Virus record (IMG/VR): IMGVR_UViG_3300045988_101875
Location: 1 to 44,818 of that record
DNA: 44,818 nucleotides
Source: a virus
Strand: one strand, 5' to 3'
Position 1 is the stretch's first letter. Every line of letters begins with the position of its first letter. The position numbers and the translations under genes are program-made. Below, one piece after another: positions 7,995 to 15,838 of the stretch. The notes beneath the pieces are model-generated. The model was not told the DNA's origin. It ran no database searches and was given only the letters and a program-made list of their open reading frames with translations.

Positions 7995-8828
7995 ATGTAT
8001 GTCATTACACTTGAAGACTTAAGCTACAAACAAATGCATGAGCTTAATAACAAATTAGTGACGTTTGGCAGCGGTGTTAGCGCAACCAGCGTTGACGATG
8101 AGGGAAAAAGCTGGCGTGTATCGGTAACTACCGGGGATAACGCTTATACACGGCAAGTATTAGCTGCTATTACTGCCACACTGTCCCAATCTGTAGTTGT
8201 CCCCTACTACACTATAGACCAGCTACCCAGCGACGTGCAAAAAGAGGTTGCACAAAAAGCTATTGACGATAACTATTATTGGGACGTATGGCAAGGTGAG
8301 CGTAACAAGTCATTTGATACTATCTGTGAACGGTTAGACCTGCAATGGGGCTGTGATAACTATGATAACTATTATGTAGAGGAGACAAGCCCCGAATGGT
8401 ATGCAAAGGATATACAAGGCGCAAGCCGTGTTATTGCTTATATCCGTAATCGCTGGGGAGCTTTTAAAAACCCTATGTATGTAGACAAGGATAAACATAG
8501 CACTTTTTACAAGCTTCTGCATAAAAAAGGCGCTGCCCTGCCCCAAAAGTTTACTGAGGAGGCAATGCCCACCGGATACTGTGGCGACTATTGCTTTTAT
8601 GAAGCATATGCAAGGTTTTTAGAGCTTGTACGCAAGCAACCGGATACTATTACCCTTGCTGACTTTTGTAGCTGCCTTGCAGGTGCTTTTGAAAAAGAGT
8701 ATCAAGCAGACTATGAACAGGCAAACTCTATTGACTATGCTATAGAGTTTTTATGTCAAGATAACTACTATACATGGCAAGGCAAGGATATTACAGATGT
8801 AGTCAACGCCTATATGGTAGCAAAATAA
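7995..8828 (+). CDS. Hypothetical early protein (277 aa; Tyr/Trp/Cys-rich, no recognised domain).
   Basis: Long ORF with SD. Confidence 0.55.
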   Translation: MYVITLEDLSYKQMHELNNKLVTFGSGVSATSVDDEGKSWRVSVTTGDNAYTRQVLAAITATLSQSVVVPYYTIDQLPSDVQKEVAQKAIDDNYYWDVWQGERNKSFDTICERLDLQWGCDNYDNYYVEETSPEWYAKDIQGASRVIAYIRNRWGAFKNPMYVDKDKHSTFYKLLHKKGAALPQKFTEEAMPTGYCGDYCFYEAYARFLELVRKQPDTITLADFCSCLAGAFEKEYQADYEQANSIDYAIEFLCQDNYYTWQGKDITDVVNAYMVAK

Positions 8829-8928
8829 ATAGCTTTTATCGGGTACACCAGCTTATAACAGTTGGTGTATCTCATTAAGAGTTATTCGCATAACCCTTAA
8901 AAATATAAAGCTAGGAGGTATAGCAAAA
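8829..8928 (+). repeat. Intergenic repeat element type A, copy 3 (diverged).
   Basis: agcttttatcg, hairpin gtacaccagc..gttggtgtat, ctcattaagag..., then ctaggaggta. Confidence 0.55.
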
Positions 8929-9089
8929 GTGAAAAAATGTTTAGCATACCTGATTGAATGCTGCTTAGTATCTAAACGTACAAATCAGGTACTGAAAGAA
9001 ATAGCAAGATGTATAGCAGCCTTGCTTTTTGTCCTATTTTTCAGCATTGATTGGGATACAACGCTGAATGCGTGGGGGGTGCTTAAATA
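8929..9089 (+). CDS. Small hydrophobic protein (GTG start).
   Basis: SD ctaggaggta 8 nt upstream of the GTG. Stop overlaps the next ATG (TAATG). Confidence 0.35.
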
Positions 9090-9320
9090 ATGCTAGTTGC
9101 AGACAAAAATACTACCCCTATTGATTGGTTAAAATTTGAGTATGAGCAGCAACAGCAGCATTTACAAGCAATGCAAGCTGCATATGCTGACAAGTACGTC
9201 AAGACAAAAAAGCAACGGACAAAAGCAGCAAAAGCCTTAAAAGTAGAGATATACCGCCAGCAAGGGCAAATAATAGGCTTAGAAGCAGCTTTAAATATTT
9301 TTGAGCCTATTCCCTTTTAA
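9090..9320 (+). CDS. Hypothetical coiled-coil early protein.
   Basis: 76-aa ORF. Confidence 0.5.
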   Translation: MLVADKNTTPIDWLKFEYEQQQQHLQAMQAAYADKYVKTKKQRTKAAKALKVEIYRQQGQIIGLEAALNIFEPIPF

Positions 9321-9400
9321 GAGTTTTTAGGGCATGTAGGTAATAACCCTGCGTGCCTTATAAAGCTTTTAAAGCTTTAATATTAATACTCTAGGAGGTG
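9321..9400 (+). repeat. Intergenic repeat element type B, copy 2.
   Basis: gagttttt, hairpin, ataaagcttttaaagctttaa, then ctaggaggtg. Confidence 0.6.
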
Positions 9401-9406
9401 TTACAC

Positions 9407-9649
9407 ATGGATGTAACCTTAAAAAACGGCAAGCACTACAGTATTACCTTGCGTGCATGGGACGGGGCAAATTGGATGCCTGATTGTGCCGGGGACGTGT
9501 TGGCAACTTGGCAGCCTGAGACACAAGCAGACATTGACTGGCTAGTAGATGACTGCGACAACTTCAATGCAGGTGTAGATCTTGACTGGCTGGAGCACTG
9601 CCCAACGTGTCAAGAGGTGTCATTGGATGTACAGGAGGTACAGGAGTAA
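9407..9649 (+). CDS. Strongly acidic, Trp-rich small early protein (about 17 Asp/Glu against 3 Lys/Arg in 80 aa); candidate DNA-mimic or anti-restriction protein.
   Basis: ATG at 9407 with SD ctaggaggtg. Composition read directly from the translation. Confidence 0.5.
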   Translation: MDVTLKNGKHYSITLRAWDGANWMPDCAGDVLATWQPETQADIDWLVDDCDNFNAGVDLDWLEHCPTCQEVSLDVQEVQE

Positions 9650-9864
9650 TGGGAGAGCATAAGAGACAAGGTAAGACCTTTTTCGTGACTGTAGATGCTC
9701 ATATGCAAATTGCGGTACATCGTGCCCCCAGCGGACATTTTTCCTATATTATCTACTACGATGGTAGACAAACTACCGGGGCATTGCGTATCACACAGGC
9801 TCATGCAGCGGATAAGCTGAGATTGACGCTGCCGGAACTGCTGGAAAAATTCAAACTTGACTAG
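9649..9864 (+). CDS. Hypothetical early protein (71 aa); last gene of the early operon.
   Basis: ATG overlaps the preceding stop (TAATG). Followed by a terminator. Confidence 0.45.
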   Translation: MGEHKRQGKTFFVTVDAHMQIAVHRAPSGHFSYIIYYDGRQTTGALRITQAHAADKLRLTLPELLEKFKLD

Positions 9865-9877
9865 CTAAAAACTGAAC

Positions 9878-9911
9878 AGAGGTACGGACAAAACTGTACC
9901 TCTAATTTTTT
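9878..9911 (+). terminator. Rho-independent terminator ending the early operon.
   Basis: Stem agaggtac/gtacctct, then aatttttt. Confidence 0.7.
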
Positions 9912-9912
9912 G

Positions 9913-10131
9913 CACCCTTTTTTCGCCCCTCAACCAAACGGAACGAAACGATGTTCGTAGTTACCGAAGCTCACCTGAGCGGAACGAAACGTGTTGTCTT
10001 GTGCGACGCACGGAGCGAAACGAAACGAGGATGCAGGGGCAACCCAAGCTGACAAGGGGTGCAAGGGAATTTTAGGGCAAGCAAGGCAAGCCAAAGGGTC
10101 ACTGAATATTGAAGAAAGCAAGCAAGTTGCT
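9913..10131 (+). promoter_or_regulatory. GC-rich leader upstream of the RNAP gene, with three GGA(A/G)CGAAACG repeats and G-rich gcaagg repeats.
   Basis: Repeats at about 9939, 9981 and 10012. Composition clearly differs from the flanking sequence. Confidence 0.4.
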
Positions 10132-10159
10132 CAATGGGTACACGTAAATGAAAGAAGAC
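10132..10159 (+). promoter_or_regulatory. Conserved 28-bp element, copy 1 (caATGGGTACACGTAAAtgaaagaagac); candidate phage-RNAP promoter or regulatory site.
   Basis: Near-identical copies at 12782-12809 and 12965-12993. Confidence 0.45.
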
Positions 10160-10184
10160 CCATTATAACTAGGAGGTATTTATA

Positions 10185-12785
10185 ATGACAAATGAAGAAC
10201 TGATGCAAGAAGAATTGAACTTAGAATCATCTTACAGACAAGATGGTTACGAAGCAGCTTTATCTGCTCTCTATGAAGCCAAAGAAAAAGAGATGGTTGA
10301 TACTGCTTTGCCTATCGGACAAGCGTTCTTCAGACACAAAGCAATGGTTGTCAAGAAAACTATGGAAGAATGGCTCATTAAAAACATGAAGCCTAAAGCT
10401 GGTGTCAAGCAGAACTTTATCTTCCTGCTGGATGATTTGAAACGTGAATTTGTTACTGCTGATGGTGATGTGGATATTGATACTATTGCCAATATCTGCT
10501 CCTCTGTCACCCTCTCCTGCCTTATCAATGCCTTAACAACCAACAGCAGTAAAGGTATGGCGTTCTTTAATGATATAGGAGCACGTATCGGTGTTAACCT
10601 GATGTTTGAGTATCAGACACAATGCTTTGATAATTGGCTGAAGACCTTACCTAAAGAAGACAAAAACAGAAAAGCACTTGCAGGTATCGACAAGCGCATC
10701 GGTATGCATTATCGCTATGTATACATGAAGAAGGCTGTTAAAAACTGTGGTTACAACATGCCTACATGGGAACAAGGTGACAATGAAGCACTTATCAACT
10801 TAGGGTGTGCTCTGCTGACATTGACAGAAGACACAACAGGATATTGGTATCGTGATTCTGACATGCACACACCTACATACCTTGTCCCCACCCCTGAATT
10901 TATTGAAGCATGGGAACGAAACGAAGACAACATGCTTGCACTTGCCCACAAGAGCTGTCCTATGGTTGTTCCACCAAAAGAGTGGGTATCTTATGATGAG
11001 GGCGGTTACTATGGAGACCTTGCAGCTTTTTCAACATTCCTGCGCTTAAAATATGGACACAACGCTTTCAGAAAAACCTATGAAGCACGTCTGCATCAAT
11101 TAGATACCCCTGATGTTTATAAGGCAGTGAACAGTATCCAAGCAACAGCATGGTGCATCAACAAAGAGGTGTTGTCTATCATCAAACAATGCCGTACCTT
11201 AGGCTATATCCCCTACGGCAAGCAGAAAGACACACACATTATGAGCTTAGATTTGGATGATGGAAAACCTGCTGATTTGCCTGAACACCCTACGGATGAG
11301 ATGGTTAAGGAATACAAGAAAAATAAAGCTCAATGGTGGAAAGGGCAAAAAAGAAGAATATCTATTATCAATCGCTCTAATACCATGATAAACATAGCGG
11401 ATAAGTTCAGTGTCTATGAGAATATCTATTTTCCTTGGAATATGGATTTTAGAGGACGTATCTATCCTATTCCATCTTTCAGTCCCCAAGGTGATGATAT
11501 TTGCAAAGGCTTGTTGCTCTTTTCTGCTACCCCTCCTTGTCAAGACCCTAAAGATATTGAATGGCTTGCCATTACCGGAGCTAACCTTGCAGGTGAAGAC
11601 AAAATCAGCTATGCTGACCGCATCCAATGGGTTTATGCCAATGAAGAAGTTATTCTTGATGTAGCAAAAGACCCTATGGGTAACTTATGGTGGTTACATA
11701 AAGACAAAAAGCCTGTACAACTGCTGGCATGGTGTCTTGAATGGGCAAAAGCTAAGCAGTGGATAGCTGCCCATGGCTCTATTGTTGGTTGGGTAACAGG
11801 TCTCCCCTATGCTCAGGACGGCACATGCTCAGGTCTGCAACATTTCAGTGCTATTCTGCGTGACCCCATCGGTGGTGCTGCGGTGAACCTTGTACCCCAA
11901 GACAAACCGAATGACATCTATCGCTTGGTAGCTGACAAGGTAAATGTTGTCTTGAAGCAGGATGCTATGTCAGGCACTATTGACGAATGGGACGAAGAAA
12001 AGCTGAAGACCAAGTTCGGTACAAAAACTATGGCGCAGATATGGTTAAATTATGGTGTTAACCGCACTGTAACCAAAAGACCTACTATGACCCTTGCCTA
12101 TGGTGCTAAAAAGCGTGGCTACACTGAACAGATTATGGAAGATACAATCAGACCAGCTCTGAACGCTAAGACTACCTGTGGTTTTACAGAGACTAATGCC
12201 TATCAATGTGCTATGTATATGGCTGAGCTGATATGGAACTCTGTAGGTGCTACTGTTGTACGTGCTGTTGAGGGCATGGATTGGTTACATAAAGTTTCCA
12301 AACTTGTCACCAAAAATGCAAATGTAGTGTCTTGGTGCACACCTTTAGGTCTCTTGTTGCAACAAAATTATTTAAAGTATGAATCTAAGGTGATTAAGTT
12401 ACGTTGTGCCGGAAAGCGATTCAGAGTGTATGTCCCCCACCAAACAGGTGTGATTGATAAGACAAAACAGGCTAATGGTATTGCTCCGAACTTTATTCAC
12501 TCCATGGATGCCTGTCACCTTCAAATGACAGTATGCAGAGCTAAGGATGCTGGTATCAATCACTTTACCATGGTGCATGATTCTTATGGTTGCCCTATGT
12601 CTCAGGCTAAACTGATGTATGAGATTGTACGTAAAGCCTTTGTAGATATGTATACAGAGCATGATGTCTTGGATGAGTTTAGACAATATCTGCAACCTTT
12701 GGTGAATAAAGAACTCCCTGCTCCCCCTAAAAAAGGTGATTTAGACCTCAACATTGTATTGGACAGTAAGTACATCTTCTGCTAA
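10185..12785 (+). CDS. T7-like single-subunit DNA-directed RNA polymerase.
   Basis: 866 aa. Palm motifs ...PNFIHSMDACHLQ... and MVHDSYGC. Overall architecture and position as in T7 gene 1. Confidence 0.92.
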   Translation: MTNEELMQEELNLESSYRQDGYEAALSALYEAKEKEMVDTALPIGQAFFRHKAMVVKKTMEEWLIKNMKPKAGVKQNFIFLLDDLKREFVTADGDVDIDTIANICSSVTLSCLINALTTNSSKGMAFFNDIGARIGVNLMFEYQTQCFDNWLKTLPKEDKNRKALAGIDKRIGMHYRYVYMKKAVKNCGYNMPTWEQGDNEALINLGCALLTLTEDTTGYWYRDSDMHTPTYLVPTPEFIEAWERNEDNMLALAHKSCPMVVPPKEWVSYDEGGYYGDLAAFSTFLRLKYGHNAFRKTYEARLHQLDTPDVYKAVNSIQATAWCINKEVLSIIKQCRTLGYIPYGKQKDTHIMSLDLDDGKPADLPEHPTDEMVKEYKKNKAQWWKGQKRRISIINRSNTMINIADKFSVYENIYFPWNMDFRGRIYPIPSFSPQGDDICKGLLLFSATPPCQDPKDIEWLAITGANLAGEDKISYADRIQWVYANEEVILDVAKDPMGNLWWLHKDKKPVQLLAWCLEWAKAKQWIAAHGSIVGWVTGLPYAQDGTCSGLQHFSAILRDPIGGAAVNLVPQDKPNDIYRLVADKVNVVLKQDAMSGTIDEWDEEKLKTKFGTKTMAQIWLNYGVNRTVTKRPTMTLAYGAKKRGYTEQIMEDTIRPALNAKTTCGFTETNAYQCAMYMAELIWNSVGATVVRAVEGMDWLHKVSKLVTKNANVVSWCTPLGLLLQQNYLKYESKVIKLRCAGKRFRVYVPHQTGVIDKTKQANGIAPNFIHSMDACHLQMTVCRAKDAGINHFTMVHDSYGCPMSQAKLMYEIVRKAFVDMYTEHDVLDEFRQYLQPLVNKELPAPPKKGDLDLNIVLDSKYIFC

Positions 12786-12809
12786 TGGGTACACGTAAAC
12801 GAAGAAAGA
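12782..12809 (+). promoter_or_regulatory. Conserved 28-bp element, copy 2; overlaps the RNAP stop codon.
   Basis: taATGGGTACACGTAAAcgaagaaagac. Confidence 0.45.
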
Positions 12810-12960
12810 CAATAGATAACTATAGTTTTCTATAGATTCTATAGAGACCTTTAAGGACCTAAGGTTATGTTATTAATAACTAATAATAACTTACCTAAGG
12901 TAACTAAAGGTCTCTATTGTCTTTATAGTCCCTTTAAAATCCTTTAGGTAACTAAAGAAA
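12786..12960. repeat. AT-rich non-coding region B (origin-like). Contains a 12-bp inverted repeat atagagaccttt (12840-12851) / aaaggtctctat (12905-12916), cctaagg palindromes and tatagat repeats. Paralogous to region A.
   Basis: Direct observation. The position immediately after the RNAP gene parallels the T7 primary origin. Confidence 0.5.
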
Positions 12961-12964
12961 ATGC

Positions 12965-12993
12965 TAATGGGTACACGTAAACGAAGAAAAGAC
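12965..12993 (+). promoter_or_regulatory. Conserved 28-bp element, copy 3.
   Basis: taATGGGTACACGTAAAcgaagaaaagac. Confidence 0.45.
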
Positions 12994-13057
12994 AACACAC
13001 TTTTCAAAAATCTAAATCGAGCCGTTTCTATCAACCTTTCTGTGTGTTGTCTTTTCT
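12985..13057. repeat. Perfect 16-bp inverted repeat agaaaagacaacacac (12985-13000) / gtgtgttgtcttttct (13042-13057), separated by 41 bp.
   Basis: Exact reverse-complement match read from the sequence. Confidence 0.8.
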
Positions 13058-13083
13058 CAATAATTTTTAAGGAGGTATTGTCT

Positions 13084-13524
13084 ATGTTGAAACAGGACGC
13101 TCGTGTAGGTCAGAGGGTATCAGTTACACATGGTGCTGATAAAGGCTGCACAGGTATAGTAATAGGCTTAAGGTCTACACATGCTCTTGTCCATCTTGAT
13201 GGTAGTGAATCTGCGCTGGTTAGTTTTTTAAGTTACGACATGCTTGAACCTTATACACCTGACCATGCCACTAGCAATCAAGCAAAATATTATGATGAGC
13301 ATTATGCATCCATGGTAGGCTTAGAGCCTATCGAACTGATGCAGCTTGTGTTGTCTCCTGCTGAATTTATCGGCTTTCTCAAAGGCAACATCATCAAATA
13401 CACCCTGCGTGCTGGAAAGAAGCAAGGTGAAGCTGCAGAAAAGGATGCAGCTAAGGCTAAACGCTATACCGAATGGCTTACGAAACTTGGCTATAAGATG
13501 CCAATCAATCCAAAGGAGGACTAA
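13084..13524 (+). CDS. DUF3310-family protein (N-terminal KOW-like segment).
   Basis: C-terminal ...AEFIGFLKGNIIKYTLRAGKK... matches the DUF3310 signature. SD aaggagg. The track ORF start at 12961 lies in the non-coding promoter element. Confidence 0.6.
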   Translation: MLKQDARVGQRVSVTHGADKGCTGIVIGLRSTHALVHLDGSESALVSFLSYDMLEPYTPDHATSNQAKYYDEHYASMVGLEPIELMQLVLSPAEFIGFLKGNIIKYTLRAGKKQGEAAEKDAAKAKRYTEWLTKLGYKMPINPKED

Positions 13525-13527
13525 AAT

Positions 13528-14025
13528 TTGGTAAACATTAAATTCAAAAAACTTGACCCTAAAGCCACTCTCCCCCAAGCAATGACAGGTGGAGCTGCTG
13601 GTCTTGATTTGGTTTGTCTTAACCGCATGGCGGTGACACCGAACCGCTGGTCTTCAAAGGCAGCTATCATTCACACAGGCTTGGCTATGGAATTACCTGA
13701 AGGCTATTATGCTGAGGTTGTCTTGCGCTCCTCTACAGGCAGAGACACAAAACTCAGACTTGCTAATCAGGTTGGTATTATTGATTCTGATTATCGTGGT
13801 GAAATCATGTTGTATGTGGAGAATTTAGGTGACCATCTCGAAATTATTAATGCTGGTCAACGAATTGCGCAACTGTTGATTCACAAGATTGAAGAAGTGG
13901 TGATTGAAGAAGCCACTGATGAGCTGTCTAAGACTGAAAGAGGTCTTGAAAGTGGCAGTACAGGTAAAGGAACTAAACCTGCTGTGAAGACAAGAAGAAC
14001 CAAGGAGGGAGCTAAGGATGCCTAA
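13528..14025 (+). CDS. dut: dUTP diphosphatase.
   Basis: GAAGLDL, IIDSDYRGEI and RIAQL motifs. TTG start with SD aaaggagga. Confidence 0.85.
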   Translation: MVNIKFKKLDPKATLPQAMTGGAAGLDLVCLNRMAVTPNRWSSKAAIIHTGLAMELPEGYYAEVVLRSSTGRDTKLRLANQVGIIDSDYRGEIMLYVENLGDHLEIINAGQRIAQLLIHKIEEVVIEEATDELSKTERGLESGSTGKGTKPAVKTRRTKEGAKDA

Positions 14026-14434
14026 ATTTAAAGTTGGTGACAGAGTTATGGTACATCCATACAGCTATAGAGGGGAAATTACAGGTACTATCATTAGAGC
14101 TGTTGGGCGTTATCCTCTTTATGATGTGACATTAGATAAACCTTTTTTAGAAGGCATGAAAAACTATCTTGCTGCTGAAGGTGAGATTACCCCTGTTAAG
14201 GATGAGAAGGCTAAGATTGTCTTCTATGCAGAACCTAAAGAACGTACTGTTCATTGTAAGTTTTTTGGTTCTATGGGCATGGTGGCTCATACCAAGTCTG
14301 TATGCAGTCCTGATGATGATTTTGATTTTCTGACAGGTGTTCAGATTGCCCTGCAACGTATGCTGAAGTTGCAACACAAAAAGATGGTACTTCCATCATT
14401 TAATGATATTGAATTTATTGATTTTAAAAAATAA
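14018..14434 (+). CDS. Hypothetical protein.
   Basis: 138-aa ORF in the operon. Confidence 0.5.
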   Translation: MPKFKVGDRVMVHPYSYRGEITGTIIRAVGRYPLYDVTLDKPFLEGMKNYLAAEGEITPVKDEKAKIVFYAEPKERTVHCKFFGSMGMVAHTKSVCSPDDDFDFLTGVQIALQRMLKLQHKKMVLPSFNDIEFIDFKK

Positions 14435-14449
14435 AGGAGAATAACAAAT

Positions 14450-15037
14450 ATGGCAAAGAATGATTTTGCACAAATTACAACCCCTGCTGGTGAGGCGGTG
14501 TACCCTAAGCTCCGCAGCACCGAAGTATTTGATGGAGAGGATACCGGAAAGTATGTCTGCGGTATCAAATTGTCTAAAGAAGACACTGATAAGCTGATTC
14601 AACGTATCGAAAATGAATGGGAGATGGCTAAGAAGTCCCCCGACTTTGATGGCAAACGCTATGGTCGCAACTCTGCCCCTGCCCTTGGTTTCCATGAAGA
14701 CAAAGATGGTGATATTGTCTTTAAGGCTAAGACCAACGCTGTTATCAAGACCAAAGCTGGTGATGTTATCGAAAAGACTATGGCGGTCTTTGATAAGAAG
14801 GGTAAACCTATGGACGAAGAGATGGAAGTTGGCAACGGCTCTACCATTCGTCTGTGTATGCTTCTGCGTCCGTTCTACGCTTCTGCTACTGTCTATGGCA
14901 TCCAACTGCTCCTGAAGGCTGTTCAGGTTCTGAATTATGTAGCTCCTGCTGCTGGTTCTGTATCTGCTGATGATTGTGGCTTTGAGGTTGTCGCAGAGGA
15001 AGAATTTGACGAAAACAACCCGCCGTTTGACTTTTAA
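14450..15037 (+). CDS. Single-stranded DNA-binding protein (T7 gp2.5-like).
   Basis: Acidic C-terminal tail EEEFDENNPPFDF ending in Phe, as in gp2.5. Position as in T7. Confidence 0.75.
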   Translation: MAKNDFAQITTPAGEAVYPKLRSTEVFDGEDTGKYVCGIKLSKEDTDKLIQRIENEWEMAKKSPDFDGKRYGRNSAPALGFHEDKDGDIVFKAKTNAVIKTKAGDVIEKTMAVFDKKGKPMDEEMEVGNGSTIRLCMLLRPFYASATVYGIQLLLKAVQVLNYVAPAAGSVSADDCGFEVVAEEEFDENNPPFDF

Positions 15038-15039
15038 TC

Positions 15040-15507
15040 ATGGCTATCAAATTTAATCGCAGAGGTGGCTTTGCTACCCTCAACAAACCCTATCGCAGCG
15101 GTTTAGAAGACCGCCTAGCACAGCAACTTGAAAACGCAGGAGTGCCTAAGGTGTACGAAAAATACTCTATCGCCTATGAGATTCCTGCTACAAAGCATCA
15201 TTATACCCCTGACTTCATTCTGCCTAATGGCATCATCATTGAAGCCAAGGGTATCTTTGAAGCTGCTGACCGCAAGAAACATCTGCTTATCAGACAACAA
15301 TATCCTAATTTAGACATACGCTTTGTATTCTCCAACGCTAAGACAAGAATTGGTACAGGAGCTAAGACTACTGTGGCTGAATGGTGTGAGAAGCATGGTT
15401 TCCAATATGCCAGCAGAGAGATTCCCTCTCGTTGGTTCAAAGAGACCATGAAGGACACCAATGGTCTTGTCCTGCGTGGAAAAGGTGAGCGTATTGTCAC
15501 TCTTTAA
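15040..15507 (+). CDS. Endonuclease I (T7 gp3-like Holliday-junction resolvase).
   Basis: ...YTPDFILPNGIIIEAKG... catalytic core pattern. 155 aa. Confidence 0.8.
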   Translation: MAIKFNRRGGFATLNKPYRSGLEDRLAQQLENAGVPKVYEKYSIAYEIPATKHHYTPDFILPNGIIIEAKGIFEAADRKKHLLIRQQYPNLDIRFVFSNAKTRIGTGAKTTVAEWCEKHGFQYASREIPSRWFKETMKDTNGLVLRGKGERIVTL

Positions 15508-15835
15508 ATTCAAAGAGCGCACTGAGACCACACAGATATGTGTTGTCTTAAGAAACCTAAAGGGTAAGTGCAAACGTGAGCTGTTTAGGGAAGCTTACAG
15601 ACAAGGTGAAGTTGACACAGGCTTCCACTTTATTGTCTTCAACAATGGTCTTTTTGAGACCGACAGAGAAATAAAGGCAGTTGCCGGATATAATCTGCCT
15701 GAATGTGAGACTTCTGTGTATGTCTTAGCTGATACGCTAGGACGAAAGAAAATATCCGATGCTCAGCAGTATGTACTGAATGAGCTGAAGGCACAGTTTA
15801 ATGTGCCTATAAAATTTATTACTGACGAGGTGTAA
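15494..15835 (+). CDS. T7 lysozyme (gp3.5)-like protein lacking the zinc-binding catalytic residues; probably only the RNAP-regulatory function remains.
   Basis: LSLFKFKERTETTQICVVLRN aligns with T7 MARVQFKQRESTDAIFVHCSAT, and GFHFIVFNNG with GYHFIIKRDG. There is no His at the zinc site and the C-terminal His/Cys region is absent. Start is TTG at 15494 (SD aaaggtgag); ATG at 15461 is an alternative. Confidence 0.6.
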   Translation: MSLFKFKERTETTQICVVLRNLKGKCKRELFREAYRQGEVDTGFHFIVFNNGLFETDREIKAVAGYNLPECETSVYVLADTLGRKKISDAQQYVLNELKAQFNVPIKFITDEV

Positions 15836-15838
15836 CTT

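Noticed and set aside
9913-10131. Possible c-di-GMP (GEMM) riboswitch in the RNAP leader.
   Set aside because: I cannot find the GEMM P1/P2 consensus (GGGCAAACC...GACGCAAAGCC). Only loose ACGAAAC resemblance. Kept as a check to run, not a call.
12961-13083. N-terminal extension of ORF 12961..13524 (MLMGTRKRRKDNTLFKNL...).
   Set aside because: This stretch is the third copy of the conserved 28-bp element plus the 16-bp inverted repeat. The real start is ATG at 13084, which has SD aaggagg.
14396-14905. 169-aa minus-strand ORF.
   Set aside because: Antisense to the gp2.5-like SSB and the upstream gene. All bona fide genes in this block are on the + strand and tightly packed.
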